Positions 13,705 through 26,987 of a stretch of DNA of 64,000 nt are shown here, one piece after another. The notes under the pieces are model-generated. The model had not been told where the DNA came from. It searched no databases and was given only the letters and a program-made list of their open reading frames with translations. The stretch comes from Tubiluchus corallicola (Eukaryota; Animalia; Priapulida). Position 1 is the stretch's first letter; each line of letters starts with the position of its first letter. A program made the translations under genes and the position numbers. The stretch is from assembly GCA_030141605.1 (NCBI GenBank), contig JAQGDQ010000716.1, positions 1 to 64,000 on the forward strand. The letters are read 5' to 3'.

Positions 13705-14574
13705 AGAGAGAGGGGGGAGGGAGGTAGAGAGAGAGAAAGAGAAAGAGAGAAACAGAGAGAGGGGGAGAGAGGTACTGTAAAAATAACGCCATTTTCCGAA
13801 ATTTTCTGACATTGGAATATGACGTCACCATTAGGTCTGGACCGCGTCATCTGGTCTCTAAGTGTAAATTATAAACGCACATGTCCTCTCGGAAACAAAT
13901 GTCTTTAACTTGAAGTAGTGTTTTAGCGTGAAAAATGAAATTAAAGTGTTTTAAAATCCAAGAACGATACATTTCCTCGTGAAAACTTGATAAATTTTAA
14001 CAGTTCTCTAGAACTTGCTGGCAATCAACATTTACTAAGAATTATCAATCATCTGTACGAATTACACAGCAAATTCTACTGTATGGTTGGCCCCTGCTGG
14101 TTGAATGACGCTCTGCGATCTACGTTTTACAGGGCTTGCTTACAGTTTGCAATGAATGACCGTCTAGACTATTTGTATCTGTATTTCGACAATCCTTCTA
14201 GATTAATAAAGCGGAAAGTGTGAGCATCATTCTTTTGCTGGAAATACGTTTATTTTTTAATCAGAATAATTGTTAAATTTCAATGATAAGTGAATCTTCG
14301 TCTTCTATTTGTAATTTTCAATACCCACAGTACAGTACAATACGCTCATAAAAAATTCATTTTTACTAATATGAGTTTATTGCACTAACGAAAAAATTAT
14401 GACAAAAATATGACAGGCACAAAACATACCGTTACTACAGAACAGATAACAGTTTCTCTAATTAAGAAACATTAATTCAGAGGATTTGGACAGTTTAGAA
14501 GTTAATAATGAAAAAGTGTTAGTTTTTCAATAATCTTTAGTTTTACAGTATTTTCATGTCAGAAGCACGAGTGT

Positions 14575-14755
14575 GAATTTTAAATATTAATATTGTCATG
14601 GAATTTAAACATCAATACTGTCATGGAATTTAAGTATCAATATTATCATAGAATTTAAATATCAATATTGTCATGAAATTTAAATGCCAATGCTGTCATG
14701 GAATTAAAATATTAATACTGTCACGGAATTTAAACATCAATACTGTCATGTAATT
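14575..14755. repeat. ~25 bp tandem repeat, about 7 copies
   Basis: Unit close to AATTTAAACATCAATACTGTCATGG. Confidence 0.85.
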
Positions 14756-15431
14756 TGGTTGCATTATATACAAAGTTGGTAATAATTTTAACAACATCTA
14801 AGTCATTCTGATCCATTAAAAACTTAAATTTTTCTAGTTCAGCCGTGACAGCAAAAGTATGTATAATCTTTTTTTCAGTTTTTCACATAAGTTTGCTCTC
14901 ATGTCATCATATAAAGTACAATGTAATACAAAATGAAGTTCATCCTCTAATTCTGACTTTAAGGAAAATTGACATATTCGATCCTCCCCTGGAATTTTTT
15001 AGGTTGGCGATAATGACCTTCTTCAACGTGCAATTGATGAGAACTTATTCTAAGTTTTGTGAATTTTGTTATTAACTTTTGATAAATCTGGACAAAAAGT
15101 GGTTTTCCACTTTACATTGGGTTTTGAAGGTTCTGTAGGTTCTTAACTTATTTTGTCTTAATTAGTACAAAATTCTTCTAACCAATTAATTAAGTACTGA
15201 AGCCCATCTTTATTAGGTTAAGACCATAGATATTAGATCTCTCAATAATAGATCCGTTTAAGATCCGCTTAATAATTGTACAGAAGGGGAATAACAAGGA
15301 AAACAGTTTTGCTTTTGTTGGTTTTCTCCTATAGACTTGGCAAGAGAGGGAAAATTTGTAAAGCAAATCTGTCTCTCCATGAATTACTCTCCAGAAACAG
15401 AATAAATGTTCTATAAACTTCCACTGAGTGC

Positions 15432-15916
15432 TTAGATGTGTATGTTTTTACCTCTTGTTTCGTTGTGAATGTTTTGGTAAAACCTTTTTTCAAATCCCTC
15501 ATGAAATGGCAGAGTTGAGTAAGATTCGTTGTGGCAGTACTTCCATTTTTTGTCGCTGTAGTATATATCTTCTACCATAGGACAACTTCGGAAGAAACTG
15601 TTGGTGTAATTTTTGAGCTGTGGTGATTCACTAACTAAATTCCATAACTTTATCATCTCAGGTGGATAAATTCGATGGGCTGCAAGGATTTTGTCACACA
15701 TTGTGGGACCTCGATATTTCAAATGGCTTTCAAACAAAATAGCTAATCTTTCGTTGTCGTCCAGGTATGTAATATTATCCATTTGATGAAGCCATATTGC
15801 TGCTGATATACTCCCAGTTAGATCGCACTTTAGATTTCTAGCGTGAAGTTTAATTAAAATTTCTTGCACAATATCTGCTGATACGAGGAAGAAAAACTCA
15901 TCCATCCGTCTTTTAC
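15432..15916 (-). CDS. GT31 beta-1,3-galactosyltransferase-like gene, coding exon 2 (C-terminal half)
   Basis: The acceptor ttcattcattatag|GT at 15917/15916 joins in phase with the donor at 16818/16817. The exon encodes RMDEFFFLVSADIV and the GT31-like C-terminal AHRIYPPEMIKLW motif. Confidence 0.7.
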
Positions 15917-16817
15917 CTATAATGAATGAAGATTTTCTCAATTAAAAGCAAATTTTAAATTAACTTAACTGGGAAAATGTGCTTATTTATTTTTACGAAT
16001 ACGTAATTTTTGCAAATTTTAAATTAACTTTAACTGGGAAAACGAATCCATCAGAACTTGTTGAAAAAGAACATTTACTAAGAATTGTCAATCACCTGTA
16101 CGAATTAAACTGCAAATACTACTGTCAGCTCTTCTGCAAGTCACGATATTTCGTCTTGTCACACTACATCATTGTACCCTACTTATAATAAACCGATTAT
16201 TATATTATAACAGATGAATCTGGACGCTTTGCATTTGCACCACCTACTATGTATAAACGGAATATAGAAAACGAAACACTTATGTCGAGAATTCCCCCCC
16301 CCCCAGCTAGGCTCTGGTTCAATTTACCTTTGAATACTCGTTGCCTGGATCCGCCAGCTGAAACAAGTCTGTACACGTATAGCTGGGTGCTCTGTGAACA
16401 CATGCCCACGAGTGCCATTTCTCAAACGCAAAGGCGATTTTAATCTGCTTACATGTTTTTATATTTCAGCCGTATTTTGACACTATCACTTTAAAAACAA
16501 ACTAATCACGGTACACAAAAGCATGAGCATTCTAGACTAACGAATTATTTTGTTTCTACGGCGTCATCTGCTATAATTATGAATGTTCAAAATCTGTAAA
16601 ACCTTTTTGCCCCTTCAGTTAGATTTATTCAATAATGGTTGGTAAGGGGTCTTTGGAAATGCAGCTGCTTGACTTATGGGTGTGGATCATTTCAATATCA
16701 GCACTTTTGTGGATATCCAATTATGTTAAGAAACAAAAACCTCTTTTTTCGGCTTATATGAGTGAGTCGATAATAGGCTACTAATCAGCTACAAGAATTA
16801 AAATTCACTTTACTAAC

Positions 16818-17411
16818 CTTCCTTTTTTTCACAGAGTCTGAAGCCCCAATTAACTTTTCTGAAGTTAAAATGAGCAAGTTCGTCTCCCACTTTTCTTATG
16901 CAAAGAAAAACATCGTCATCTAGTCGTAAGAAGTACTTGAAATTATATCTTTCCGAAGCCCAATTCATCATCCAAGTCATCCGTTTCCCAAAATTCATAC
17001 CATCAGGTGCCTCTGCTAGTATCAAGTCACTGTGTATTTTTTTCTCTTCAAGCAGAGGTTGCAGCAATGAATAGTTTTATATTTGTTCTCATACGTATCT
17101 TGGATTGAAACAAAAAACAAGCAAACCACGTTGTTTAGGCTTTTGCACCACTTCAACCATGTTGATCGGATGGCATTTCGTCTGTCCACTCGCATCGAAT
17201 AACTCATAATTCCAACAAATAGCAAAATTTCATCTGATGATTTGTGCGTTAAACTACTTGTAAGAGAGGAGCAATTTTTAAAGCAAATCTCGATCTCTAA
17301 ATGACTGTTTTCACATTTATACAGCACGAAAATAACTAACACAAGTAGTAACATTAAAAAGTGCAGCGTGGGTGAGCTGAGATACTTTTCTTGCTTGTTG
17401 TGAAGTACCAT
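16818..17411 (-). CDS. GT31 beta-1,3-galactosyltransferase-like gene, coding exon 1 (one 1-nt frameshift near 17075 as assembled; may be a pseudogene)
   Basis: N-terminal TM (FLMLLLVLVIFVLY), LLFVGIMS...RRNAIRSTW motif, KYFLRLDDDVF DxD motif, and donor G|gttagt. Confidence 0.8.
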
Positions 17412-17520
17412 AATAACAGTGAATAAGTGAATTAAAAAATGCTTTTAAAATGTTTGTGGCGTCAACTCACATAATAACATTTCAACTAATAACATGTTTA
17501 CAATGCAGCCCAACCGAAAA

Positions 17521-18433
17521 CGTTTAGCGGTTTAATGTAAACACGGATTAGTTTTTCAGAATCGCATGGCCGATTTGTGCAGCGAAATGTAAACATTATC
17601 AGTGCCTACTTTAGGGTTAGTCGTGTTTTACCACCGTTCAAAAATTTAAACAATTCCCAGTACTGTCATCTCGTGTTTCTAATCATTAAAAGAATTAGAT
17701 TACATTGTTATTACTATATCTTTATCTAGAAATTTATTTCAAAAGAGACCCTCTAATTGCAGGACAAAAGTTACACAGCACTACATAATTATATTATGGA
17801 AGCGTTACCTAACTAAAACTCTAACCCTTAGACGACCAAGTTGGGTTAAAAATTACCTCAGCAATGATTGCTCAGTTTTTTATATTGATGAATACGACGA
17901 AAGTATTGTAGTGATTAAATATTTTTCAATTTGTTTTGCCATCATATCTTGGCTTTGTTGAAAAATATTATTCATACTTTTCTTACAAAGTACGAGTGTA
18001 AAATATGGGGTAACCTGTTGTGGTGTAACTTATTACCCGGTTTGGTCTTGTATGTAGGCGAAATTTTACACTGCAGCGTTTTACATTCTGGGAGCATCAT
18101 ATTTTCTACTTTGATGACTGAGAAGCGCTGCAAACATGCAGCTGCAGCCTATAGCTCTGCAAAGTGATTTTCTAACGATCTACTGACGAAATTTCACATT
18201 TATGGGCATTCTTCATTTAAAAATATGGCAGCCACTTTTGCTGTACATGTACTTAAGCTTGAAGCTGATGAATATGAAATTTTAAGAAGACGCAGGAAGT
18301 GAAGATGAAGTGTGTGTAACAGAATTAAACAGTAAACATAATTAATGGATTAGAAGAATTGTCAAAATGCTTGAGGTATCACGCTCAGACAATATACATA
18401 TAGTGCGGTAGCAGAACGTTTTCTTCATATATG

Positions 18434-18466
<33 letters not shown>

Positions 18467-19345
18467 TATAAAGGATTTTGTCAGTATGACAGTGTCATGC
18501 TTTACTAATTTGCAAACTTTCTAAAATTTTGTTTGTAATTTAAGTTCACTGATTAAACTGAGTCATTTATGAAATCAAATATGAAGTCAATGTTAGACTT
18601 TACATTTTCATTTTGCGCAAGTCAGGCGCATCAGCAGTACTCCCTTTTTGATAGAATATTGCAATCTTTACTTTCATTCCACCAAAGCTACTCGTCATTA
18701 AAGATTAGTATGTACTTGAGTTTTCATTAATGTTTTCAAAATCTTGACAGGAAGTGATGAGCATGGTCAGTTTACTTCATCATTGCTTCTCAAAGCTGTG
18801 ATGCTTAGAAAAGAACTTAAAATAACACAAAAGGCCAAATTACTGACCACCTGTGTTTCTCTCCCCACTCAAAGAGCAGCTTATAATGACATTGAGTTGA
18901 GTGCGCGGTTCATGCCCTGCACACAAAGAAAGATTATAATCTTCAACAATCTCTCCTGGAGTTCAGTTTTGTTAAAAAAATGCTGAAAATAATGACCACG
19001 GCATAGGACCTATTATGCCATGCTCTCTGCACAGAAGAAAGCAGCGTAATTATAAATCTTGTTAAGTATTTACCTGAGCAGCAGGTTGTATCCTCTCACA
19101 CAAAGAAAGATTTTAATCTTCAACAATTCTGAAAAAGCGCCGATAATGACCACCGCTTTTGAACACTTGAGACATGCTCTCTGCACACAAGGAAGCAGCG
19201 TAATTATAGATCTTGTTAAGTATTTACCTGAGCAGCAGGTTGTATCCTCTTACACAAAGAAAGATTTTAATCTTCAACAATTCTGAAAAAGCGCCGATAA
19301 TGACCACCACTTTCGACCACTTGAGCCATGCTTTCTGCACACAAG
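17521..19345 (+). repeat. Second copy of the segmental duplication (region upstream of the GT31 gene)
   Basis: Collinear with 8823-11272 but without the LTR. Its right part and flank also match about 34080-34680 in inverted orientation. Confidence 0.9.
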
Positions 19346-22128
19346 GAAGCAGCTCAATTATAAGCCTTGTGAAGTGTTTACCTGAGCCACAGGTAGCGCG
19401 CCCGAACAAAGCAAGATCTCCTTTTTGAAGTGGTTCAGCACATTCCAAAGCAGTTTTAGCAGCGTGAGAACTACAGGGTATCGACCAGCCTTGAATATGA
19501 CAGCTTTCCTAAATAAACATTTTTAGTGTTCGTATTTTTAAAAACTTTGCAACGTTTGGATATTTTAGGAAACTTTTCTGGCACCAATTGCAAGCCACAG
19601 TTTTCTTTTTTTAATAAATCATTTTCTCAATAACTCGTGAAAGCCATGTTTGCTCATCTGCAACAACTAAAGACATTTAAAGTAATTTTTAAAAGATCCA
19701 TTTTTTTGGTTTTACCGCTACAATCAAATCTCATAAGTTGTGTCTGTGGAACACTTTTTGTTGCACTGTCCATTGTGTCAACAGATTAGGGTTGTTATGT
19801 TCGCTAAACTAAATGTTTGATAAACTAAATGAAATACTTCTGCCTGAAATCCTCAATATATCTGCCTTAGGAAGTAATGATCTGTAGAAGTTGTTATTAT
19901 TTGGAAAAGATGAATTTAATTATGTTAACTGTAAAATATTCCAATGTAAACATGACTTCATATTTCGTACTAAACGCTTCCTGGATCTGATATGAAATAC
20001 GTCAGTCTTAAATATTCGTACATTGATATTTTTAACTTGCATTTGTTTCTAATATCTAATATAATCTTGTAGTAAAACTTGTCAGCTTGTGTAGCTGTAG
20101 ACAATTCTTGCTGTGAGTGTTTTTGTTTTTTAAACTGACTGATTAGATCCTATAGTAAATTATGCTTAATCTAATTTCATCATAACCCTCCTTTAATAAT
20201 GACAACCTTGCCATAGCGCCAATCAACTTTTTGGCAGTCCCAAGGTAAGACTGTATGGTGAGGTTTGACTGTATTTTAATATTGAAATTGTCCCTGTTAA
20301 AGTATCTAGCACTTTATAAAGGATAGACAAGGCTCTAAACTATTTTTAATGCCCAATATACTAAAATGCAATTTCTGACCAATGCGTTGTTTTAACATCT
20401 AAGCAATAGGACACTTTTTACATTAACGGTTTTCGGTTTAAGAAAGTGTTACATTGCGCTAAACTTCCGCTAGAGTGTCAAAACCAGCAGATTTCAGTTA
20501 AACGTGATTTGAATTGTCGGATTTGCAACTGAAGCTGCAGCGAGATTCGTTTAAACGAAAGGACAAGTCACTTAGCAGGTTTAGTTTACTGTTATAACTT
20601 AAACTTAGAAAGATATAAAAACAAAATTTGCAAAAAAATTATCTATAAATAATAAAATTAATTTACACTACCGCTAAATAGAAATGTTAATTTGTAGTGA
20701 AAGCTGCGAATATTTTGACGGAACTGGTGGCTTTTTGACTTTTGAAGGCGCATCGTTACTTTCCGTTGGTGCGCTGATTTTAAAATAATGCTCCAGCTTA
20801 CGTAATCAAGAAAAATATCATTAATTAAATAACTAATTTATTTTGTTAATTTTGTTTTATACTTTCAACAGAATTATCACATCGCTGCTTTTCTTCAGTT
20901 AATGAACGACGTCATTGGTGGAAGAATCTTCATTCAAAATGGAAGTTCCCAAACGTGAAATTTTTGCATCTTTAAATTTATTTTACTAATTACATGAGGG
21001 CACTTATCACACTTTTATTACTAACTCCTTCTAACATTTTTACAAAAATTGAAATAAGTACAACTTCCCAGAAAGCTTGACTTTTCCTTTAACTTTAAGC
21101 TTGTGTCAAATCTCACAGTGTTTTCAATTTTTTGTGACACATTGTTAATTACTTATTAGCTCTAATTATGATTATTACTGCATTTATTCATTTACGACTT
21201 TGTTTTTCAATGCTCTGGTTAAAAATTTTAATATTTGAACGTCTGTGTTTCCAGCCTCTCCATCACAGTAGAGTCCCAACACTGTGCTTAATTTCACTCT
21301 CCTAGTTTTCTGCATGTCGTTTTTCAGCTGCAGAAATAATTTCTGAAATAATTAAGCATTCTGTGACCTTGGACCATTGAGTCAAGGTCAATGTGTATTT
21401 TTAATTTTCTGGTATACAGCCTTAAACAGTACTTAATTTGCAGAATGAACACGTACAAACAAAGCCAGATTATGAATTTTTGGGGCCCGTAGGTTAATGA
21501 AATTATTGGCTCCCTCAGACGGAGCCACTGTCTAACTTGTTCTGCACACGTCTTGAATATTTTTACACGTGACATAATTTAGCGATATTTACATAATTTA
21601 GAAGAAAACTTATTATAACTTATTTAAATAAACTATAATACCTACATTTTGTTTGTCAAGAAAAAATTCTTTAAGAAATACTACCATTATGCTATTTATT
21701 GCAAACAATATTAGCATAGGTTTCGCCACAACCCTAGTGAAAGAACAGTTTTTTCGACCAAATGTTACCAAAGCTTGATGGGCCGGGGGGCTCAGAGAAG
21801 TTTAACACAAAATTCGAGCACAAATTTAAGGTTTGAGTGTTAAATAGAATGCACAAAGGCCATGTTTAAAAAATATGTGCAACCAGTCACGAGTGGTCAA
21901 AGGTCAGATAAAAGAAGCCAAAAAACCATTTACTGCAAAATTTTAGCACAAGAAAAATGTTTATGCCAGTGTGTAGGGCATGATCAGTAGTGATTAGATT
22001 CATGGTTAAGACAAAAAATATCAGTCTTAAGTGGACACATAACAAACATGACCATTGGCCAGTGTATTTTTGTGGGAGCTTGTGGTACTTGCCCACTGTG
22101 ACGCTCAGGCTTATTTTAGGCCAGGTTA

Positions 22129-23046
22129 TGTAACTAGTTCCTACTGTTATAATTCCACCATTTATTAAAGAAGTTTAGTTAAGATGTTTAACGGTATAAT
22201 GACAGAAGCCAACCTGTTCTGAAATCAGATCTCACCTGTACATTCGATGATACTGTTTATGCATTACTACTATATCATGTGATTGAAGCCACGAAGACGA
22301 AATTTTGGCTGTTCAGTTCGCCCAGGTATTCCGCTTTAAGTTGTCGAGTTAAGCGGACGTTCACATGTCATAAAATGATGGTTAAGTAGTAATAGTGCTT
22401 GCTTGTAGAAAAGCGATCTGTCTACCTGGTTACGACAGAGACGATAGTTGCATTCTAGCAATGATACTTACCTATTGCTGATTATATTTTCCTGATGCTG
22501 ATGATACATCACTTATTACAGATTGTACTTACCAGTTGTTGATGATATCTGCTGATGATGATGCTTACCCGCATTTACCTGACGTTGATGATACTGTCCT
22601 TGGTGCTTCCATGCTGTGATTACGAAATTGGTGATCCTTACCTTGTGACGAGTGCAGGAGCTTGGATGCTACCCTATTTTGGCGTCATATAAGTGGAGGC
22701 GAGGACGTCATCAGGAGTTTGGAGACGTTGTCCACGTAATCAGATCCATGAAGAGGTAGTGTAGCTAACCGTTCTATGGTGCACCATTTCTTGACGAAGC
22801 TCCTGGTGAGGAGATGACGCGGAAAGGGAGCAGGAGAAAAGTCGCTTGATGATGACAACACAGGACTAGGTCTGGTGAAAAGCGTTACGTTGTTCTTTTT
22901 TTCTTAGCCGGCTTAATCTTTATTATTACTATTTGTCTTGCAATGTAATTTGAGATATTCATTAAATTGTTATATTATTTTATTAATTCAGTGGTTTCTT
23001 CCCAGTGTTTTCGACTAAGTGTTTTATTCTTTACCAAAGGGTTACA
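22129..23046 (+). mobile_element. Probable solo LTR (~918 bp)
   Basis: TGTAAC...GTTACA inverted termini, flanks GTTA/CTTA (imperfect 4-bp TSD), internal TATAA (about 22687) and ATTAAA (22961), and higher GC than the flanks. Confidence 0.55.
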
Positions 23047-23599
23047 CTTAGGTCACGAGCCACCCATTTGCAATAACGAAACTTAGACTACATCGTCAAA
23101 CCCAGTATATGCTAAATTTACTCTCAAGACAAAACAAATGCTGTCATAAATATCCTTACGACAAGATGCAAAGTAAGAAATTATATTACATTGTTTTAGT
23201 AATAGGTATCAAAACAGAACAGTCCTTAAAGTCATGAAAACGTTATGGATGACAACTTAAATCACTGCCTAATTTAAATAAATTGAGTACACGTTTTATA
23301 CAAAATGTATTGTTTATTAAAATTAACAGCATGTCATACATATTCAATGATTTGTAATAATAAAAAGTCAGTCTTATAATCGTAGTAATAAATGCCCAAA
23401 TGTAATTATAGTGTCACAGCAGATTACTGTTTTCACTGTTATTAACAGCAACTGACCCTTTTCAACAAATTATAAAGAAGTCGAAATCCACTCCATAATC
23501 CGTTTCGTCGTCTGAAGAAATGATCATTTTTTGTAAAATTAATTATGAAAAACGACGTTTAAAACACATTAATGTCACTTAACACTAGTTATGATAACG

Positions 23600-23800
23600 C
23601 CTAACTTATTAATTTTAAAGCTATATAAATTACGTGTATTGCGGCATATTTCTGCAATGACACATTTGACAAAGCTTAGAAAAAGCGCTCACTCACTGCC
23701 TATTGAAACTGGGCGGTATGGAAGACGTCCTATTCCTCGAGAGCAGCGTCTATGTGCCAAGTGAAATGAAGTCGGTGCGCATGTCATTTTCTACCATATT
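23600..23800 (+). mobile_element. LINE ORF2 C-terminal fragment
   Basis: LTKLRKSAHSLPIETGRYGRRPIPREQRLC, resembling the RxSxHxLxIETGRY...RLC motif. Confidence 0.7.
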
Positions 23801-24003
23801 GCTCTAAACATAACAATGCCCACAACTTGCTTGTTACACAAACACACGTTCTATTATAGTCTTCTTCTTTTTAAAAATTGATGACAAACTAATTTGCATA
23901 ATATAATCCCATGATGTCACTATTCAATGTGTTGTAGCTAATTTTGTTCGCATTTGTATGTAAAATTTTGTTGTTTGGTGCTTTTTCGGCCCTATTGGCC
24001 AAA

Positions 24004-24030
24004 AACTACTACTACTACTACTACTACTAC

Positions 24031-24099
<69 letters not shown>

Positions 24100-24232
24100 A
24101 CTACTACTACTACTTACTACTACTACTACTACTACTACTACTCCTTACTACTACTACTACTACTACTACTACTACCACTACTACTACTTCTACAACAGCT
24201 ACCACTACTGCCACCACCATCACCACTACTAC
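24004..24232. repeat. (TAC)n microsatellite
   Basis: Directly visible. Confidence 0.95.
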
Positions 24233-25452
24233 ATGTCTCGATTTAATATAGAGAAGCCAAAAATGATGCTGATCACTGAAATTAAGCTATTAAACTACAC
24301 AGACAAAAAAACTAATAAAAATAGAGTTGGTGAATGATTGTTAGCAAAAAAGCTGTTATGAGTCGCAAATTGCTAGTGAAAATGCTAAATAAATACTGTC
24401 CCTGCAAATTGTAGAGGTCACGTACATATATCACATATTTTCAAATAAAGAATTATAATAATAATAGTTTATACGGAATCTCCAAATTATCATATTTTTA
24501 TTTTCTATTCAAGTAAAAAATCTTTGCCGTCCTTGTGGTTATCAATGAAATCTGTTCTAACATCAGAAGTGTAATCATTTGACTCAGAATCATTCTGCAG
24601 CTTGTTGTGAAGCATCTGCTATTGTGGATCCATTATCACCAGCTGGCTCCTGACTGTACAATGTGCAATTCCATGGAATCTCAGCCTGTAGATTAACGAG
24701 CTTTTGAAGAAGCGTTGTAATGTCTACGTATACTGGTGTAAAGTGCAGCAAATTTGGCAGTTCCATTGTAAAACGGCTGTCTATGTGCCAGACCAATAAT
24801 ATCACTAACACCTGATTACTTTTTATTTTTACTAAACCGCTTAGAAAAGCATTTCGTTCTCACGCTCAGCACATTTTAGAATAAATTTGTAAAGTTGTTC
24901 ATTACTTTATTCAATTGGAACAAAATCGTAGAAACTAGGGCACCAAACCATCTTAGGCTAGCATTGTCATAACACCACATAAAATTCGTATAAAACAAGC
25001 AGGGTAAAGTTAGTGAAGAAAAAAAAGGAAAAAACGATGACAAAAACCATCATTACAGGAGGTGACCACCCTACAACCCCAATAATTACTATCAAATATT
25101 TCTATATAATTAACAAGATTCTGTAGTTACGTTTCATTTCAATGATTCTCGGGGAGAGGAAAAACTTGTGTATCCAAGACATCACGCATCAACTGTACCA
25201 ACTACATGTATATTGCACAATGTCGTAGTCATGCCGTAATGTCTGCAGACACCCATTGTCTTTTGCCTATAAACTCAATGGGCCTTTTAGGATTGCTGCT
25301 TCATTACCATACATATAGGTAATTTTACAGACGTGGGACATTCTGTAATTGTTGGAACACTGCTACCATCAGCTCAACATTAGATGGCATGCTAATAAGT
25401 AGTAATATTAAAAAGAGGTCCTGCTAATTTTCTGTGCTGATGCAGGTCAATT

Positions 25453-26488
25453 TTAATTGATTTTCTGCATAACTCTTAAAATTTCTTCCCTCCTTCCACG
25501 ATGTGTATCTTTCAATGCGTCGAAAACGTTCCAGTTTGCTGTAAGATGCATCAGTCTTTCATTTCCATAATATCTACCTGCATTCCAAGCAATATAGTTT
25601 TCACCTTTGTGTGTATCCACTTGCAAAAAGAAAAATCCAAAATTTTTAACTAAACACCAAGCCTGAGCCATTGCTTCAAGATCACCACTTGGATTCAAAG
25701 CATCTCCATATCGTCCAAGTCCACTGTGTTCTATTGATGAATAACTGATTCCAAAATCGAACAATGGCTTCCCTTTTTCCAGATATTTTTGTGCCAGCTT
25801 TTGAGGTGAAATTGTGGTGATCCTGGGATGTGTTGACATTGGGTCGTTATAGTCTACTGTTGTTACATGTGATGCATTGAAGTTCAGCAAAAGAGCTTCG
25901 ATCCAGGGGTGTATTGTTCCAATAACAAAGCCATCTTTTCCCTCAATTACCTCTTTGTACAAGCTCAATGCTTTTACAACATTTCTGCTTGCAGGGAACC
26001 CATAAGGCGAAATATTTTTCCCTTCCAACACGCTATTTTGTAATTTCGAAATAAATGAAGTGTTAAAGAGATTCTTTTTAGATTCAGGTAAGACCTCTGC
26101 AAAATACCAATTTCGTATGGGCATCTTACCATACATTGTAAATTCACCCAGCAGTTCTGGGGGTGGTTCTCGTGGAGGAGGCCACTGATCTGACGGGGTT
26201 TCTAAGAGCAGCCTTTTCATAGTCGCTTGGCAGTCATAATGTTTATGTAGCACTGGATAGTCTAGACCCACTGTTCGCCGGAAGTGTTGTGTGTTTATAT
26301 CACAGGGGTCTCCACATGGGATATCATCTTTAGTTGAATAATTTAAAGAAAGTCTCTTGAAAGAATCTTCCGTAACCCTTTCCTCTTCATTAACAATAGT
26401 AATGTACATCATCTTGTATGTTCCCATAAATGTGCAAAATACAAAAATCGGGGCAAATAAAAGATTTCTTGTTCCTCGCCAGTAACAC
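25453..26488 (-). CDS. DUF268-family SAM-methyltransferase-like type II membrane protein, copy A (main coding exon)
   Basis: Intact ~345-codon frame with signature FDFGISYSSIEHSGLGRYGDALNPSGDLEAM, GFVIGTIHPWIE and NAGRYYG, plus an N-terminal hydrophobic segment. It starts after the acceptor ctttgtattacag, so the ATG is probably in an upstream exon that I did not locate. Confidence 0.88.
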
Positions 26489-26987
26489 CTGTAATACAAA
26501 GCATAAGTGTTATTAGAACTAATTTAAATAACTTAAAACTGTAAAGACTGGCTGCTAAATATTAACCTGGTTTAATATTAATGGTTTAGCTTGTTAGCCT
26601 TGCTGAAGGACAGGTATGAATTTAGTTTAAGCATTATAATAATTATGCTTTCTTAAATATTTATAACAAAAGTTGATTTCTTCTCACTTGCATAACAACA
26701 AGTCTGAATGTAGTAACCTGAGTTTCTGCTAACTGTTTTTTGAAACTAGATTATCATTGTGACGAATTTGTACTAGCAGATAGTGTAATAATGGGCAACA
26801 GAAGGCGCGCAGATGCATATATGTTTTCTATGAAGTTGAGGTCACTAAGTTCTTAAAGGTTATCCACATGGTATCGACCACAATTTTTACATAGTATTGA
26901 GCATTAAATCTTGTAAAATGGAATTTATAACGGTGTTGCAGATGATATTTGAGTCATGGTTTCAGCTGGTATTGTGTTCAGTTCCTG

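Noticed and set aside
24590-24811. Possible exon or LINE ORF1 relic (VDITTLLQKLVNLQAEI)
   Set aside because: Only vague resemblance, and too short to assign.
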